Positions 38,162 to 47,151 of a stretch of 63,638 nt of DNA are shown piece after piece; the first letter of the stretch is position 1; each line of letters opens with the position of its first letter. Source of the stretch: Euryarchaeota archaeon UBA443. GTDB lineage: Archaea > Thermoplasmatota > Poseidoniia > Poseidoniales > Poseidoniaceae. Where the stretch lies: NCBI GenBank assembly GCA_002499195.1, contig DAKS01000047.1, positions 1-63,638 of the forward strand, in the 5' to 3' direction. A program made the position numbers and the translations under genes. The notes beneath the pieces are model-generated. The model saw only the letters and a list, made by a program, of their open reading frames with translations, was not told the DNA's origin and did not search any database.

Positions 38162-38427
38162 GCGTCTTCACCTCGCTGTTCCCACTCAAGATTTTCACGA
38201 CGTTCGTCCCGGACGAGATAAGCAGCACCCATCATAGCCATAGCCATGAGGATGCCGAGGATGAGCAGTGGCATAGCCCAATCATCGAGCATTGTGTTGG
38301 CAAGATCGAGTGTTGTAACTTCTTTGTCTGGTTCTTCATCCCAAAGTTCTGCAGTTCCAAGAACGGTGATCATTGCACCTGCAAGGAAAATCAAGCCGAG
38401 ACGGGTCAAAGTGGACATTAATCTCAT
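38158..38427 (-). CDS. nuoJ: Complex I-like subunit J, C-terminal half
   Basis: W.MPL..LGILM.MAM.GA; lies between the J N-terminal half and nuoK with ATGA overlaps. Confidence 0.8.
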   Translation of the reverse strand: MRLMSTLTRLGLIFLAGAMITVLGTAELWDEEPDKEVTTLDLANTMLDDWAMPLLILGILMAMAMMGAAYLVRDERRENLEWEQRGEDA

Positions 38428-38699
38428 TCAAAATCCTCCTCCTGAATTTGTCGGCGTGTCAGCATAATACCAAACAATACGACCAAACCAACGCTGGCCA
38501 GATAGACCAGAATCTGAATGGCTGCAAGGAATTCAGCACCCATCAGAATGAAGATGCCTGAAACTGCCATGAAACAGAAGATGAGTGAAAGCATCGAGTG
38601 TGCAACACGCTGTGCATAGATGAGCCCCAACGCCCCAAGAATGGTAATCGTTGCGAACACGAAGAAAATGATGGTCTCAGTGGCTGAGGCAACATCCAT
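38424..38699 (-). CDS. nuoJ: Complex I-like subunit J, N-terminal half
   Basis: AEFLAAIQILVYLASV; start moved to MDVAS. Confidence 0.88.
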   Translation of the reverse strand: MDVASATETIIFFVFATITILGALGLIYAQRVAHSMLSLIFCFMAVSGIFILMGAEFLAAIQILVYLASVGLVVLFGIMLTRRQIQEEDFE

Positions 38700-38700
38700 T

Positions 38701-39684
38701 TCAAGCACCTTCCTCGGCAGCCTTCGCAGCCTTTGCTGCGGCCTTTGCACGCTTGTCACGTTCCTTGGTTGCTCGCTTTGCAAGCTCACCATCGACCGCT
38801 TCTTGATGGACAGAAGGAAGTACTCGGGTTCGATTCGCATCGAACCAAAGGTCTTGTCGAGTGAAACCAGACATTCCATCGTATTCATTCGTCATGAAGA
38901 ATGAAGTGAAGCCACAGGCTTCCATACAAAGTCCACAGAACATACAGCGACCGATGTCGATTCGGCCCGATACGATTTGATCGTCTGCTGTTCGAAGATC
39001 AGACTGGGCAAGAACTTCTTCTTGGCCCGAATCGTTCCATCGAACGGTTGCTGTATCTCCGGAGAGGTCCAAAACTTGGGCGAATCGCCATTCGGAAGGC
39101 GGTGCAGTGTGTGCAGTAATCAAATCGAAAGATTCGAGTTCTTCGGCCACTTCTTCACGGAACTTGGCTGCATACCCTCCAACTTCGAGTTCAGCTCCAT
39201 AGCCATCGTATTCACCTTCGGCATTGTCGAGAACGTCGACTCGAAGTTCAGTAGTCATGTGCAAACAATCGTTTGGACATATATTGACACACATTTTACA
39301 AGCAGTACAGGTCTCCCAAATGATACCGATTCGACCGTTATAATTCCCAGGAACGAAGAGCCATGGCTCCATATCCTCAAGACGTTCATATGGATATTGA
39401 ACTGTCTGAGGCTTCCACAGGGTAGGGAAAAGATCCGATGTAACTCGGTCTGGAGCAAATTCTTGCTTGGAAATATCGTTATATTTCGCACGACCTTTTG
39501 CTCGATGCTCGCTCGCTTCATCCAAGAATTCTGGATGTGATTTGTTGTGATAACCCATACCAAGTCGCTTCGGGAATAGGCGACCGAGAAGTGGGAAGGT
39601 CCGTAGTGCCGTAATCAAGGTAATCTTGAACGGATACCAGAATAAATTTCGGAAGTTTGGTTTTGCTTGAGGGTGTGTTGGCAT
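38701..39684 (-). CDS. nuoI: Complex I-like 2x[4Fe-4S] subunit I with large insertion
   Basis: TVQYP, CTACKMCVNICP, RCMFCGLCMEAC. Confidence 0.9.
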   Translation of the reverse strand: MPTHPQAKPNFRNLFWYPFKITLITALRTFPLLGRLFPKRLGMGYHNKSHPEFLDEASEHRAKGRAKYNDISKQEFAPDRVTSDLFPTLWKPQTVQYPYERLEDMEPWLFVPGNYNGRIGIIWETCTACKMCVNICPNDCLHMTTELRVDVLDNAEGEYDGYGAELEVGGYAAKFREEVAEELESFDLITAHTAPPSEWRFAQVLDLSGDTATVRWNDSGQEEVLAQSDLRTADDQIVSGRIDIGRCMFCGLCMEACGFTSFFMTNEYDGMSGFTRQDLWFDANRTRVLPSVHQEAVDGELAKRATKERDKRAKAAAKAAKAAEEGA

Positions 39685-39695
39685 GCTTCTTCACC

Positions 39696-41204
39696 TCAGT
39701 CCTGTCCAGGGGTGTGTGTACCTGCGGGTTGCACCGTTTGCACGTGGTACATACGTGCAGCGCGTTCATTCTTGCCCGTATCATTGAGCAAGAGGAAGAA
39801 GATAGCGAGCCATAGGATCGTAGTCAAAGCAGGAACGAGGAATGGAATACCGAATGCATCCCATGCTGTTCCACCATAGACTGTGTCGGCCATTCCGTCC
39901 AAATCAAAGAGATAGAGACGGTAGACTGCAGCAAGGATGACTTGTAGAACTGCAAGAGGTAGAAGCATTCTCCATCCAAATTCAAGGATTTGATCGGTTC
40001 GGATACGGGCCAATGAGAATCGAGCCCAAACGAAGACGATGAGGAATACTAGCCACGCCTTAATGAGAACAACAAGTGCACCAGGAATTAGAAGGTAAGC
40101 ATCGCCGAGGTATGGGATGCTACCGATGATTCCTTGGAACGGGAGATGCCATCCTCCGAGGAAGAAGTGTGTGAACAGGAAACATGCTGCATAGGTTCGA
40201 ATGTACTCGGCCATGAACAACATTCCGAATCGCATACCGCCGTATTCAGTCCACCATCCCTCAACAAGTTCGGCTTCAGCTTCTGGCATATCGAACGGGA
40301 CACGTTCGACTTCGGCGATCATTGTGATGAGGAACAAGGCACCTCCCAATGGCATGAGGAATATGTTCCATGCTCCTGCTGTATGTTGGAAGTGAACGCT
40401 GTCAATGATGTTGAAGGTTCCAGTAAGCATAGCCACGGACAAGAGAGTCAGGAGAAGAGGAATCTCGTAGGCAGTCAGTTGTGCTGCTGAACGAATTCCA
40501 CCGATAAGTGTGTATTTGTTATTTGAAGACCAACCTGCAAAGAAGACACCTATTGGTGCGATTCCGAAGATTGCAATGATGTAAAGAATTGAAAGATCCG
40601 GATTGGTTGCGTAAATTCCACTTGAAAGTGGAATCATTCCCAAAATTAGGAGTGTAGTAGAGACGATAAGGAATGGAGAAACTTCGAAGATGAGTTTGTC
40701 TGCACGGCGTGGAACCATGTGTTCTTTGATGAGGAACTTCATACCGTCAGCAACGTTTTGGAAGAAACCAGGGAAAATACTGAGCCCCATCCATGAACGA
40801 TTGCCAACACGATCAACGGTTTCGTATTCGGATGCATTTCCGAAACGGTTGTTCAACCACTTGTTGACTGCTCCGACTGGACGTCCCAGTCCGAATGGAA
40901 GCATGTTCCACCATGCACCTGCAGTTACACCGTTTTCTCCGACCCAAAGTGAACGAAGTGCAGTTGTAGCTCCACGGCGATCGTTCATACGAGCAACGGC
41001 CTTTCGCTCAATCCATAGAATGGCGAATTGTGAGAAGAACAGCAACAGGAAGACGATGTTGACGATGGCAAACGTGCCGATACCGAAAGCAATTGCAGAG
41101 GAGCTTTCCTCGAGTGGAGTTCCTTCGAGTAGCGAAGTAATGGTTTCATGAGCAAAACTTTCCTCTCCGATGAAGAGGCTTCTTAGGTCGTATTTGTCAT
41201 CCAT
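39696..41204 (-). CDS. nuoH: Complex I-like subunit H
   Basis: ERK..AR, ADGMKF..KE, SNNKY, AE..R.PFD..EAE.EL, EYGG. Confidence 0.93.
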   Translation of the reverse strand: MDDKYDLRSLFIGEESFAHETITSLLEGTPLEESSSAIAFGIGTFAIVNIVFLLLFFSQFAILWIERKAVARMNDRRGATTALRSLWVGENGVTAGAWWNMLPFGLGRPVGAVNKWLNNRFGNASEYETVDRVGNRSWMGLSIFPGFFQNVADGMKFLIKEHMVPRRADKLIFEVSPFLIVSTTLLILGMIPLSSGIYATNPDLSILYIIAIFGIAPIGVFFAGWSSNNKYTLIGGIRSAAQLTAYEIPLLLTLLSVAMLTGTFNIIDSVHFQHTAGAWNIFLMPLGGALFLITMIAEVERVPFDMPEAEAELVEGWWTEYGGMRFGMLFMAEYIRTYAACFLFTHFFLGGWHLPFQGIIGSIPYLGDAYLLIPGALVVLIKAWLVFLIVFVWARFSLARIRTDQILEFGWRMLLPLAVLQVILAAVYRLYLFDLDGMADTVYGGTAWDAFGIPFLVPALTTILWLAIFFLLLNDTGKNERAARMYHVQTVQPAGTHTPGQD

Positions 41205-41213
41205 CGTATCACC

Positions 41214-42353
41214 TCAACGGTCCGTTTCTCCAATACAGGGGTCAAAACTACCCATGATCGCAGGGATGTCAGCAACCTTGTATCCAATCATGGTCTTTGC
41301 AACATAAGGAATCGTGATGAACATCGGTGAGCGGATGGAAAGCCGGTAAGGGTGCTTTCCGCGACCGTCGCCACCGCCTTGAATGTAGAATTGAGAAGCA
41401 CCACGTGTACACTCGTAGTTGCTGAAACCAGTTGCACCTTCAGGGGCACGGGTTGGTGCTTTGGTGATGATCATTTCATCGCCCGTATTGTAATGGGTGT
41501 TCGCTCCACCTGGAATCTTATCAAAAGCATCGAGAACCATTCGACACGATTGTCTCATCTCTTCCATTCGGACACGGTAGCGGTCATAGCAATCAGCACC
41601 TTTGACAGATGTTGGCTTTTCAACAGCAGGTTCCCAATCGACTTGATCATAAACGGAGTAAGGATGAGCCCAACGGACATCGTAGTTGACACCAGCAGCG
41701 CGAACGTTTGGACCTGAAACACCCGCATTGACCATATCTTCGGCACGAGCATAGCCAACGCCTTGAAGGCGAACCAACCAGATGGTCGACTCATCGAGCA
41801 TCATTTCATATTCGTCGATTCGGTTTTCGAACAGCTTAATCTTTGCACGAGCACGATCGGCAAATCCGAGTGGAAGATCGCGCTTTACACCGCCAACACG
41901 CGGATAATTGTAATGCATTCGTGAGCCTCCAAGTTCTTGCAACAAGTCGAGGAACATCTCACGATCACGCATACACCATGTCATTAGCGTCAGGTTACCA
42001 ATATCCGGGCCAAAGGCTCCGAGCCACATCAAGTGCGAAGCAAGTCGCTGCAATTCAGCAGCGATAAGACGAATGAATTCAGCACGCTCAGGAACTTCAA
42101 CTTCGAGTAAGTCTTCCGCAGCATAGATGTAAGAATTAGCCCATGTCATTGCGCTTACGTAACAAAGACGGTCGCAATACGGTGTAATTTGTGTGAAATC
42201 TCGTGCTTCAGCAATCTTCTCAACACCACGGTGAATGTAACCAAGTTCTGCTTCAGTATCGACAACTGTTTCACCATCGACCTTGACTCGAAGCGTCCAC
42301 AATCCGTGTGTCATCGGATGTTGAGGGCCCATTGTAATCCACATTTGTGCCAT
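41214..42353 (-). CDS. nuoD: Complex I-like subunit D
   Basis: GPQHP.THG, GYIHRGVEK, DRLCY, SFDPCIGETDR. Confidence 0.95.
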   Translation of the reverse strand: MAQMWITMGPQHPMTHGLWTLRVKVDGETVVDTEAELGYIHRGVEKIAEARDFTQITPYCDRLCYVSAMTWANSYIYAAEDLLEVEVPERAEFIRLIAAELQRLASHLMWLGAFGPDIGNLTLMTWCMRDREMFLDLLQELGGSRMHYNYPRVGGVKRDLPLGFADRARAKIKLFENRIDEYEMMLDESTIWLVRLQGVGYARAEDMVNAGVSGPNVRAAGVNYDVRWAHPYSVYDQVDWEPAVEKPTSVKGADCYDRYRVRMEEMRQSCRMVLDAFDKIPGGANTHYNTGDEMIITKAPTRAPEGATGFSNYECTRGASQFYIQGGGDGRGKHPYRLSIRSPMFITIPYVAKTMIGYKVADIPAIMGSFDPCIGETDR

Positions 42354-42362
42354 ATATTCACC

Positions 42363-43013
42363 TCACTTAACGCGGCCCTCATCCGCAGGTTTACGCACAA
42401 ATCCTTGCGCATCATCATACATTTCATTGAAATCATGATATCGAATTTGATGTTGCTTTTGCAACGGATGGAAACCTTCAGGACTGTCGTGAGGATTCAA
42501 AACACGGTGCATATTTTCATGACCTTCGAATCGAATGCCAACAAGATCCCATGTTTCCTTCTCATTCCAATCCGCACCAACCCAAATGGATTGTACGCTT
42601 GGGACGACAGGCGCGTCACCATCTGGCAAATCGATAAGAACTTCAATTTCAAGAGGAATCGAAGCCCCTTCAAGTTCGCTTGCCTTGAGGACATCTGCAG
42701 TAAATGGTTCAACATCTCGTACGGGTTGTCGCAAGAAGTGGTAAGCAACACCCCAGCCACGTTCGCTCCCTTCTGGATAATGTGTCCCAGTAATCATTGA
42801 ACAGTAGTTGACGCCTCCATCAAAACGCATCCATTTTGCAACGGCGATCCAGTGTTGAGGAGGACAGGTCATTCGTACGAATGCATACTTTGCTGCATTG
42901 CTGTGATTTTCGATAGAAACTATAACACCACTGCCGCCGAATTGATTCTCGGCTTGTTCAGCAAAAGCAGCAGCAGCTGCTGCGTTTTGTTCTGAAGAGA
43001 TACTCATCCCCAT
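42363..43013 (-). CDS. nuoC: Complex I-like subunit C
   Basis: PSVQSIW.GADWNEKETWDLVGIRF.GH, HPLQK. Confidence 0.9.
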   Translation of the reverse strand: MGMSISSEQNAAAAAAFAEQAENQFGGSGVIVSIENHSNAAKYAFVRMTCPPQHWIAVAKWMRFDGGVNYCSMITGTHYPEGSERGWGVAYHFLRQPVRDVEPFTADVLKASELEGASIPLEIEVLIDLPDGDAPVVPSVQSIWVGADWNEKETWDLVGIRFEGHENMHRVLNPHDSPEGFHPLQKQHQIRYHDFNEMYDDAQGFVRKPADEGRVK

Positions 43014-43015
43014 GT

Positions 43016-43609
43016 TCAATCCTCTCCAACAATAACTGGTTTCTCGCCGTCACGGCCCGTACTTGGTGCACCGCCGATTCGGATAATCTTCTCGCGCAGA
43101 AGTCCAAATCCATCGATAAGAGCTTCTGGTCGCGGGGGACAACCTGGAATGTAAACATCGACAGGGATGACGGTATCAACACCTTCGAGAATATTGTAGG
43201 ATTGGAAATAGGGGCCGCCAGAGATTGCACATTCACCCATAGCAATGCAATACTTCGGCTCCGGCATTTGTTCCCAGAGACGAACGACTTTGTCAGCGAA
43301 TTTCTTGCTGATTGGGCCGTTTACAAGGAGAACGTCGGATTGGCGCGGAGATGAACGGAACAGTACACCAAAGCGGTCACCATCGAAACGAGGTGTTGCT
43401 GCTGCTGCCATTTCAATGGCGCAGCACTTGATCCCTAAGTGGAGTGTGAAGAGAGATTTACGTCCGCCCCAGTTGAAGAATCGACCAGCGAGAACGGATA
43501 GAAGTTGCTTGATTTTCGTTGCCTTGAGCGCTTCGTCGGTGACGTCACCAACCACTTCGACCAATGCACGACTGTTGAATGCGGTGTAATTTTCTCCAGA
43601 TTCTGCCAT
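43016..43609 (-). CDS. nuoB: Complex I-like subunit B
   Basis: KCCAIEM, SPRQSD, GECAISGG, IPGCPPRPE; AGGTGA SD. Confidence 0.95.
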   Translation of the reverse strand: MAESGENYTAFNSRALVEVVGDVTDEALKATKIKQLLSVLAGRFFNWGGRKSLFTLHLGIKCCAIEMAAAATPRFDGDRFGVLFRSSPRQSDVLLVNGPISKKFADKVVRLWEQMPEPKYCIAMGECAISGGPYFQSYNILEGVDTVIPVDVYIPGCPPRPEALIDGFGLLREKIIRIGGAPSTGRDGEKPVIVGED

Positions 43610-43619
43610 ATGATTCACC

Positions 43620-44087
43620 TCAGATGTAAATTCGCCCTCGCTTGCGGAATACATACCATACGCCTAATGACATGATGGTGAAGAATGCTCCAATGATGGC
43701 TAGGCCTGCTTCAGCATTGGCTATGTCGCCGTTCGCTCTGGATGTCTCATCAGAGGCAACCATGCCTCCAAGAACAAGGAACATGAAAGCGACATCGAAG
43801 ACGAGGAATACGATAGCATACCAGTAGTATTGGAAGTGAAATTGGATCATCGCATCTCCAATAGGCTCACTACCACATTCAAAGGTGGATAGACGACGAG
43901 GGTAGAGGCTGTGGTCTCGCTCGTACCCCTCCAGCAAATAGGACTTGGTGATATGCGGACGGGATGGGTCCGTTCGTGGACGAAGTGCCCATGACATGAT
44001 GAAATTCGTCAAAGGCATGAGGATGCCGACAATCGCCAAGAATGCAATCGAAAGATAGGCGCTCGGAACTGAACCTGTATCGACCAT
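43620..44087 (-). CDS. nuoA: Complex I-like subunit A
   Basis: TFECG.EP, YY.YAIVFL.FDV. Confidence 0.92.
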   Translation of the reverse strand: MVDTGSVPSAYLSIAFLAIVGILMPLTNFIMSWALRPRTDPSRPHITKSYLLEGYERDHSLYPRRLSTFECGSEPIGDAMIQFHFQYYWYAIVFLVFDVAFMFLVLGGMVASDETSRANGDIANAEAGLAIIGAFFTIMSLGVWYVFRKRGRIYI

Positions 44088-44216
44088 TTGCCATCGCCTC
44101 AAGAAAGCATCCGCTCTCTGATTAAACCGACTTGAACACCCTCCATAAGCGTTCCCAGTCGGCCTTGAAAGAAATCATCACTTCAGCAGGAAGAATTCTA
44201 GCCGACGTAGGCCGAT

Positions 44217-47084
44217 TTATTGGCGACGGCTGAGGATGAAGACAACGCCCACAAGCAGGAGGAAACCTCCTGCAAACATCGTAACAGTCGTATCGTCTGC
44301 AAGACCAAATAGGCCTTCTTCAGGATCGCCCGAGATATCGTATTGTTGATTCACTCGACCAATCACACCAATCTCCTCGGGTTGTACGGAAATAGTGAAG
44401 TCAAACTTGTCCGATAATTCTGCACCGTGTGGGGGTTTGATTGTGACGGTAATATTCATGATTTCACCCTTCCCAATCGTGCAGACTAGTGACGGAGTGA
44501 CGGTTTCACAGTCGTCTTTGTTGGAGCCATCAAGTTCAATCTTCCAACCACGCATATTTTCTGATGCAAAAATTTCAGTTTCGGTTTCAACATTCCCATC
44601 GTTACGAATTTGAACGATGAAAGATTTTCTATCAGGGTAAACCAAATTGAAGGATGTCGATTCAGGTTCTATGATGTTTAAGTCAAATATCTTCTGAACG
44701 ACCAACGAAACGGTCGCTTGCCCTGTCCTATTGGCAGCGTTTGATTTACTGGTAACGACGATGTAGAGGTTTCCTCCTTCACCTGTTATAGTGGCCTCAT
44801 TGACCTGCACTTGGATCTCGAGATACGCCTCATACGGGCGAACACTATGTCCCTGACTAAGATTGAGAGTAAACAACATTTCTGCTTGCATGGAATCATA
44901 TGTGGTTTCAATGTATGGCGCTCCAGAAGCATCGATAACGAATTCACTGTTGTTCTCATCCCATATTCCGAACCCAAACGGTACACTAATCTCATTGTTC
45001 GCAGCGATCGGTAATCCCTTTGAATAGACGGTACGTGTTGCAATTCCATTCAATCCTGTCAATTCGAGGACTGCAGTATCGTCTCCGTTACCCATATTGC
45101 GAATCCACATCCCAACGGTCTCTTCATCACCAGGGGCGAGAATCAATTCACCGGTTCGACCATCAAGTCCTCCCTCTTCTAGGCGGACATCCATGGCGTA
45201 ATCTCTGGTTGTAAGGAACGCTGTGAATCGCAACTCACGTTGGTTGTCTGGGATCCCATCATTATCCTCATCGATACCGTTTGAATCGTCCTTATTCGTG
45301 ATTCGAACGGTGAATGTAGAGTATTCATCACTATCCGTAACTGTCGCGACGAAGATGAGTGATTTCGTTTCTTGGGCATCGACAGAAATTTCGGTGAATC
45401 GGTTGCCAGCTTGATCTTCAAAGAAATAAGCCCAAGAAGGGGATGCTGTCTGTTGAATAACGCTCAATCTGAAACTGTCCTCAACGTTCCCTGTGTTTTG
45501 GATATCGAATGGAAACTTCACCTCGTTTCCATTCTTTCCAGTCTGAGTTAACGCGGTTGAATCCGCTTCAAATCCATGGACTGCAGCGACTGAAACCGAG
45601 AGTGTTACATCATCATAGGCCCCTCCTCCAGCGTTTGGAGCAACAGAGATATCGATGTTGACAACTTCAGTCGCCAATGCATCCTCCGGTAGAATAACTG
45701 TCACATCGACAGTATCCTTTCGATTTGGCGTATGTTTTGAATCGAGCGTGACTACAGATTCTTCTAATTCAACCGTCCATCCACTAGGGACAGAGGAGGG
45801 CGTTATTCTGAATGTGTCTACGCCGTTACCTGTGTTTTCAACCGTCACTGACGTTGTTGCAGATGTTCCTGGTTCGATGTTGTTCAATTGTGAAGACGCC
45901 ATCGAAATGGTTGCTCCATACGATTGACCCACCGTGATGATGAGGGCAGCGTTACACTTTACCTCTGTTCCATCCTTACCTTGAATGTAGACTGTTTGTT
46001 CCTCGCCAGCATTAACTGAATCGTCGGGGTTGACCTTCAGGTTGAATGCTTTTGTTCCACTCCCGCTGTAAGGAAGCAATCCACTCGAGCCTCCCGTAAA
46101 GGATAACCATTCCTCCTTTGGACCAGCGGTATCAGCACTGATTGTCCAATCTGAATTTCCTTCATTGGTGAAGGTCGCAATCAGCGTACCTTCTCCACCG
46201 GGTTGAACATTTATAGTGATCTTTGAGAGCGACAAACTACATTCCTTGAGGACTGGGACTGTGATGTCAAATGCTTGCGTATCACTCGTGTTTCCAGTTG
46301 GATCACCTGATGCTGTACCCGTAATTTCCCAACAGTATTTGTCGGCTTCTTGCTCATTTGTAACATCGAGTGATACGATAACTTCTGTCGACTCTTCTGA
46401 ATCAAGTGTTACAGAGGTTTCAGAAAGCACTGGAGAAAGCCCACCTGGATCTGAACAACCTGAAGCGGAATTATCCTCTTCATATTCTAAATTGATCGTA
46501 GCTTGCTGTTGACCCGTATTTTCAACGACAAGGGTCCACTCAGTAGTTTCTTCACCGCCCCATGTTTTGCTGGAGACGGTCATGGACAAATCGACTCCAA
46601 AAACAGCACTTCCTGAACCATCGCCTGCTGTAGTTGTTACAGTTGCTGTCTCAGTCGCAGGTTGGCCTGGCGGTTCAGGCGGTTCGGGAGCATCTTGAGC
46701 ATTGGCGGTCACGGTTGTATCGCAAGAGCCTTCTGCTGTTTGCGTAAGCGTGATGTTCATGCTGGCTTCCTCATAGGAACCTGCATCGATTTGGCCTGTG
46801 ATTTGGGTGATGGTTGATGTGTAGGCACTACATTCTTGTTCCGTTCCTTCCGCAGTACTCAACTGAACGGTTACAGCATTAGAACCCGAATTGTAGACAC
46901 GCACTGTGTACTCTCCTGCTTCACCAGGATTGATGGTTTGAGCACTAGGCGTTACGGTGACTTGGATGCTCGCATCTCTTGCTTCGTCCGCCGATACTAA
47001 AGGAGCGGTGATAGGAAGTATTGAGAAAAACATCAATGAAATCAAAAGAATAGCAAGGCGTTTCTTTTGCTTGGTTTGCTGCAC
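44217..47084 (-). CDS. Large surface protein with tandem NEW3/Ig-like beta-sandwich repeats
   Basis: Signal peptide; repeated V.N.G...D motifs (VYNSG, VENTG, TNEG, VENTGNGVD, IQNTGNVED, IRNMGNGDD, IRNDG); C-terminal TM plus RR; GTG start with GGAGGG SD. Confidence 0.75.
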   Translation of the reverse strand: MQQTKQKKRLAILLISLMFFSILPITAPLVSADEARDASIQVTVTPSAQTINPGEAGEYTVRVYNSGSNAVTVQLSTAEGTEQECSAYTSTITQITGQIDAGSYEEASMNITLTQTAEGSCDTTVTANAQDAPEPPEPPGQPATETATVTTTAGDGSGSAVFGVDLSMTVSSKTWGGEETTEWTLVVENTGQQQATINLEYEEDNSASGCSDPGGLSPVLSETSVTLDSEESTEVIVSLDVTNEQEADKYCWEITGTASGDPTGNTSDTQAFDITVPVLKECSLSLSKITINVQPGGEGTLIATFTNEGNSDWTISADTAGPKEEWLSFTGGSSGLLPYSGSGTKAFNLKVNPDDSVNAGEEQTVYIQGKDGTEVKCNAALIITVGQSYGATISMASSQLNNIEPGTSATTSVTVENTGNGVDTFRITPSSVPSGWTVELEESVVTLDSKHTPNRKDTVDVTVILPEDALATEVVNIDISVAPNAGGGAYDDVTLSVSVAAVHGFEADSTALTQTGKNGNEVKFPFDIQNTGNVEDSFRLSVIQQTASPSWAYFFEDQAGNRFTEISVDAQETKSLIFVATVTDSDEYSTFTVRITNKDDSNGIDEDNDGIPDNQRELRFTAFLTTRDYAMDVRLEEGGLDGRTGELILAPGDEETVGMWIRNMGNGDDTAVLELTGLNGIATRTVYSKGLPIAANNEISVPFGFGIWDENNSEFVIDASGAPYIETTYDSMQAEMLFTLNLSQGHSVRPYEAYLEIQVQVNEATITGEGGNLYIVVTSKSNAANRTGQATVSLVVQKIFDLNIIEPESTSFNLVYPDRKSFIVQIRNDGNVETETEIFASENMRGWKIELDGSNKDDCETVTPSLVCTIGKGEIMNITVTIKPPHGAELSDKFDFTISVQPEEIGVIGRVNQQYDISGDPEEGLFGLADDTTVTMFAGGFLLLVGVVFILSRRQ

Positions 47085-47151
47085 AGACGACCCTCCTTCA
47101 TTCAGCGGGGGTCGTTGACCTATCAAAAGGATGTCCTTTGATGTTCACGTA

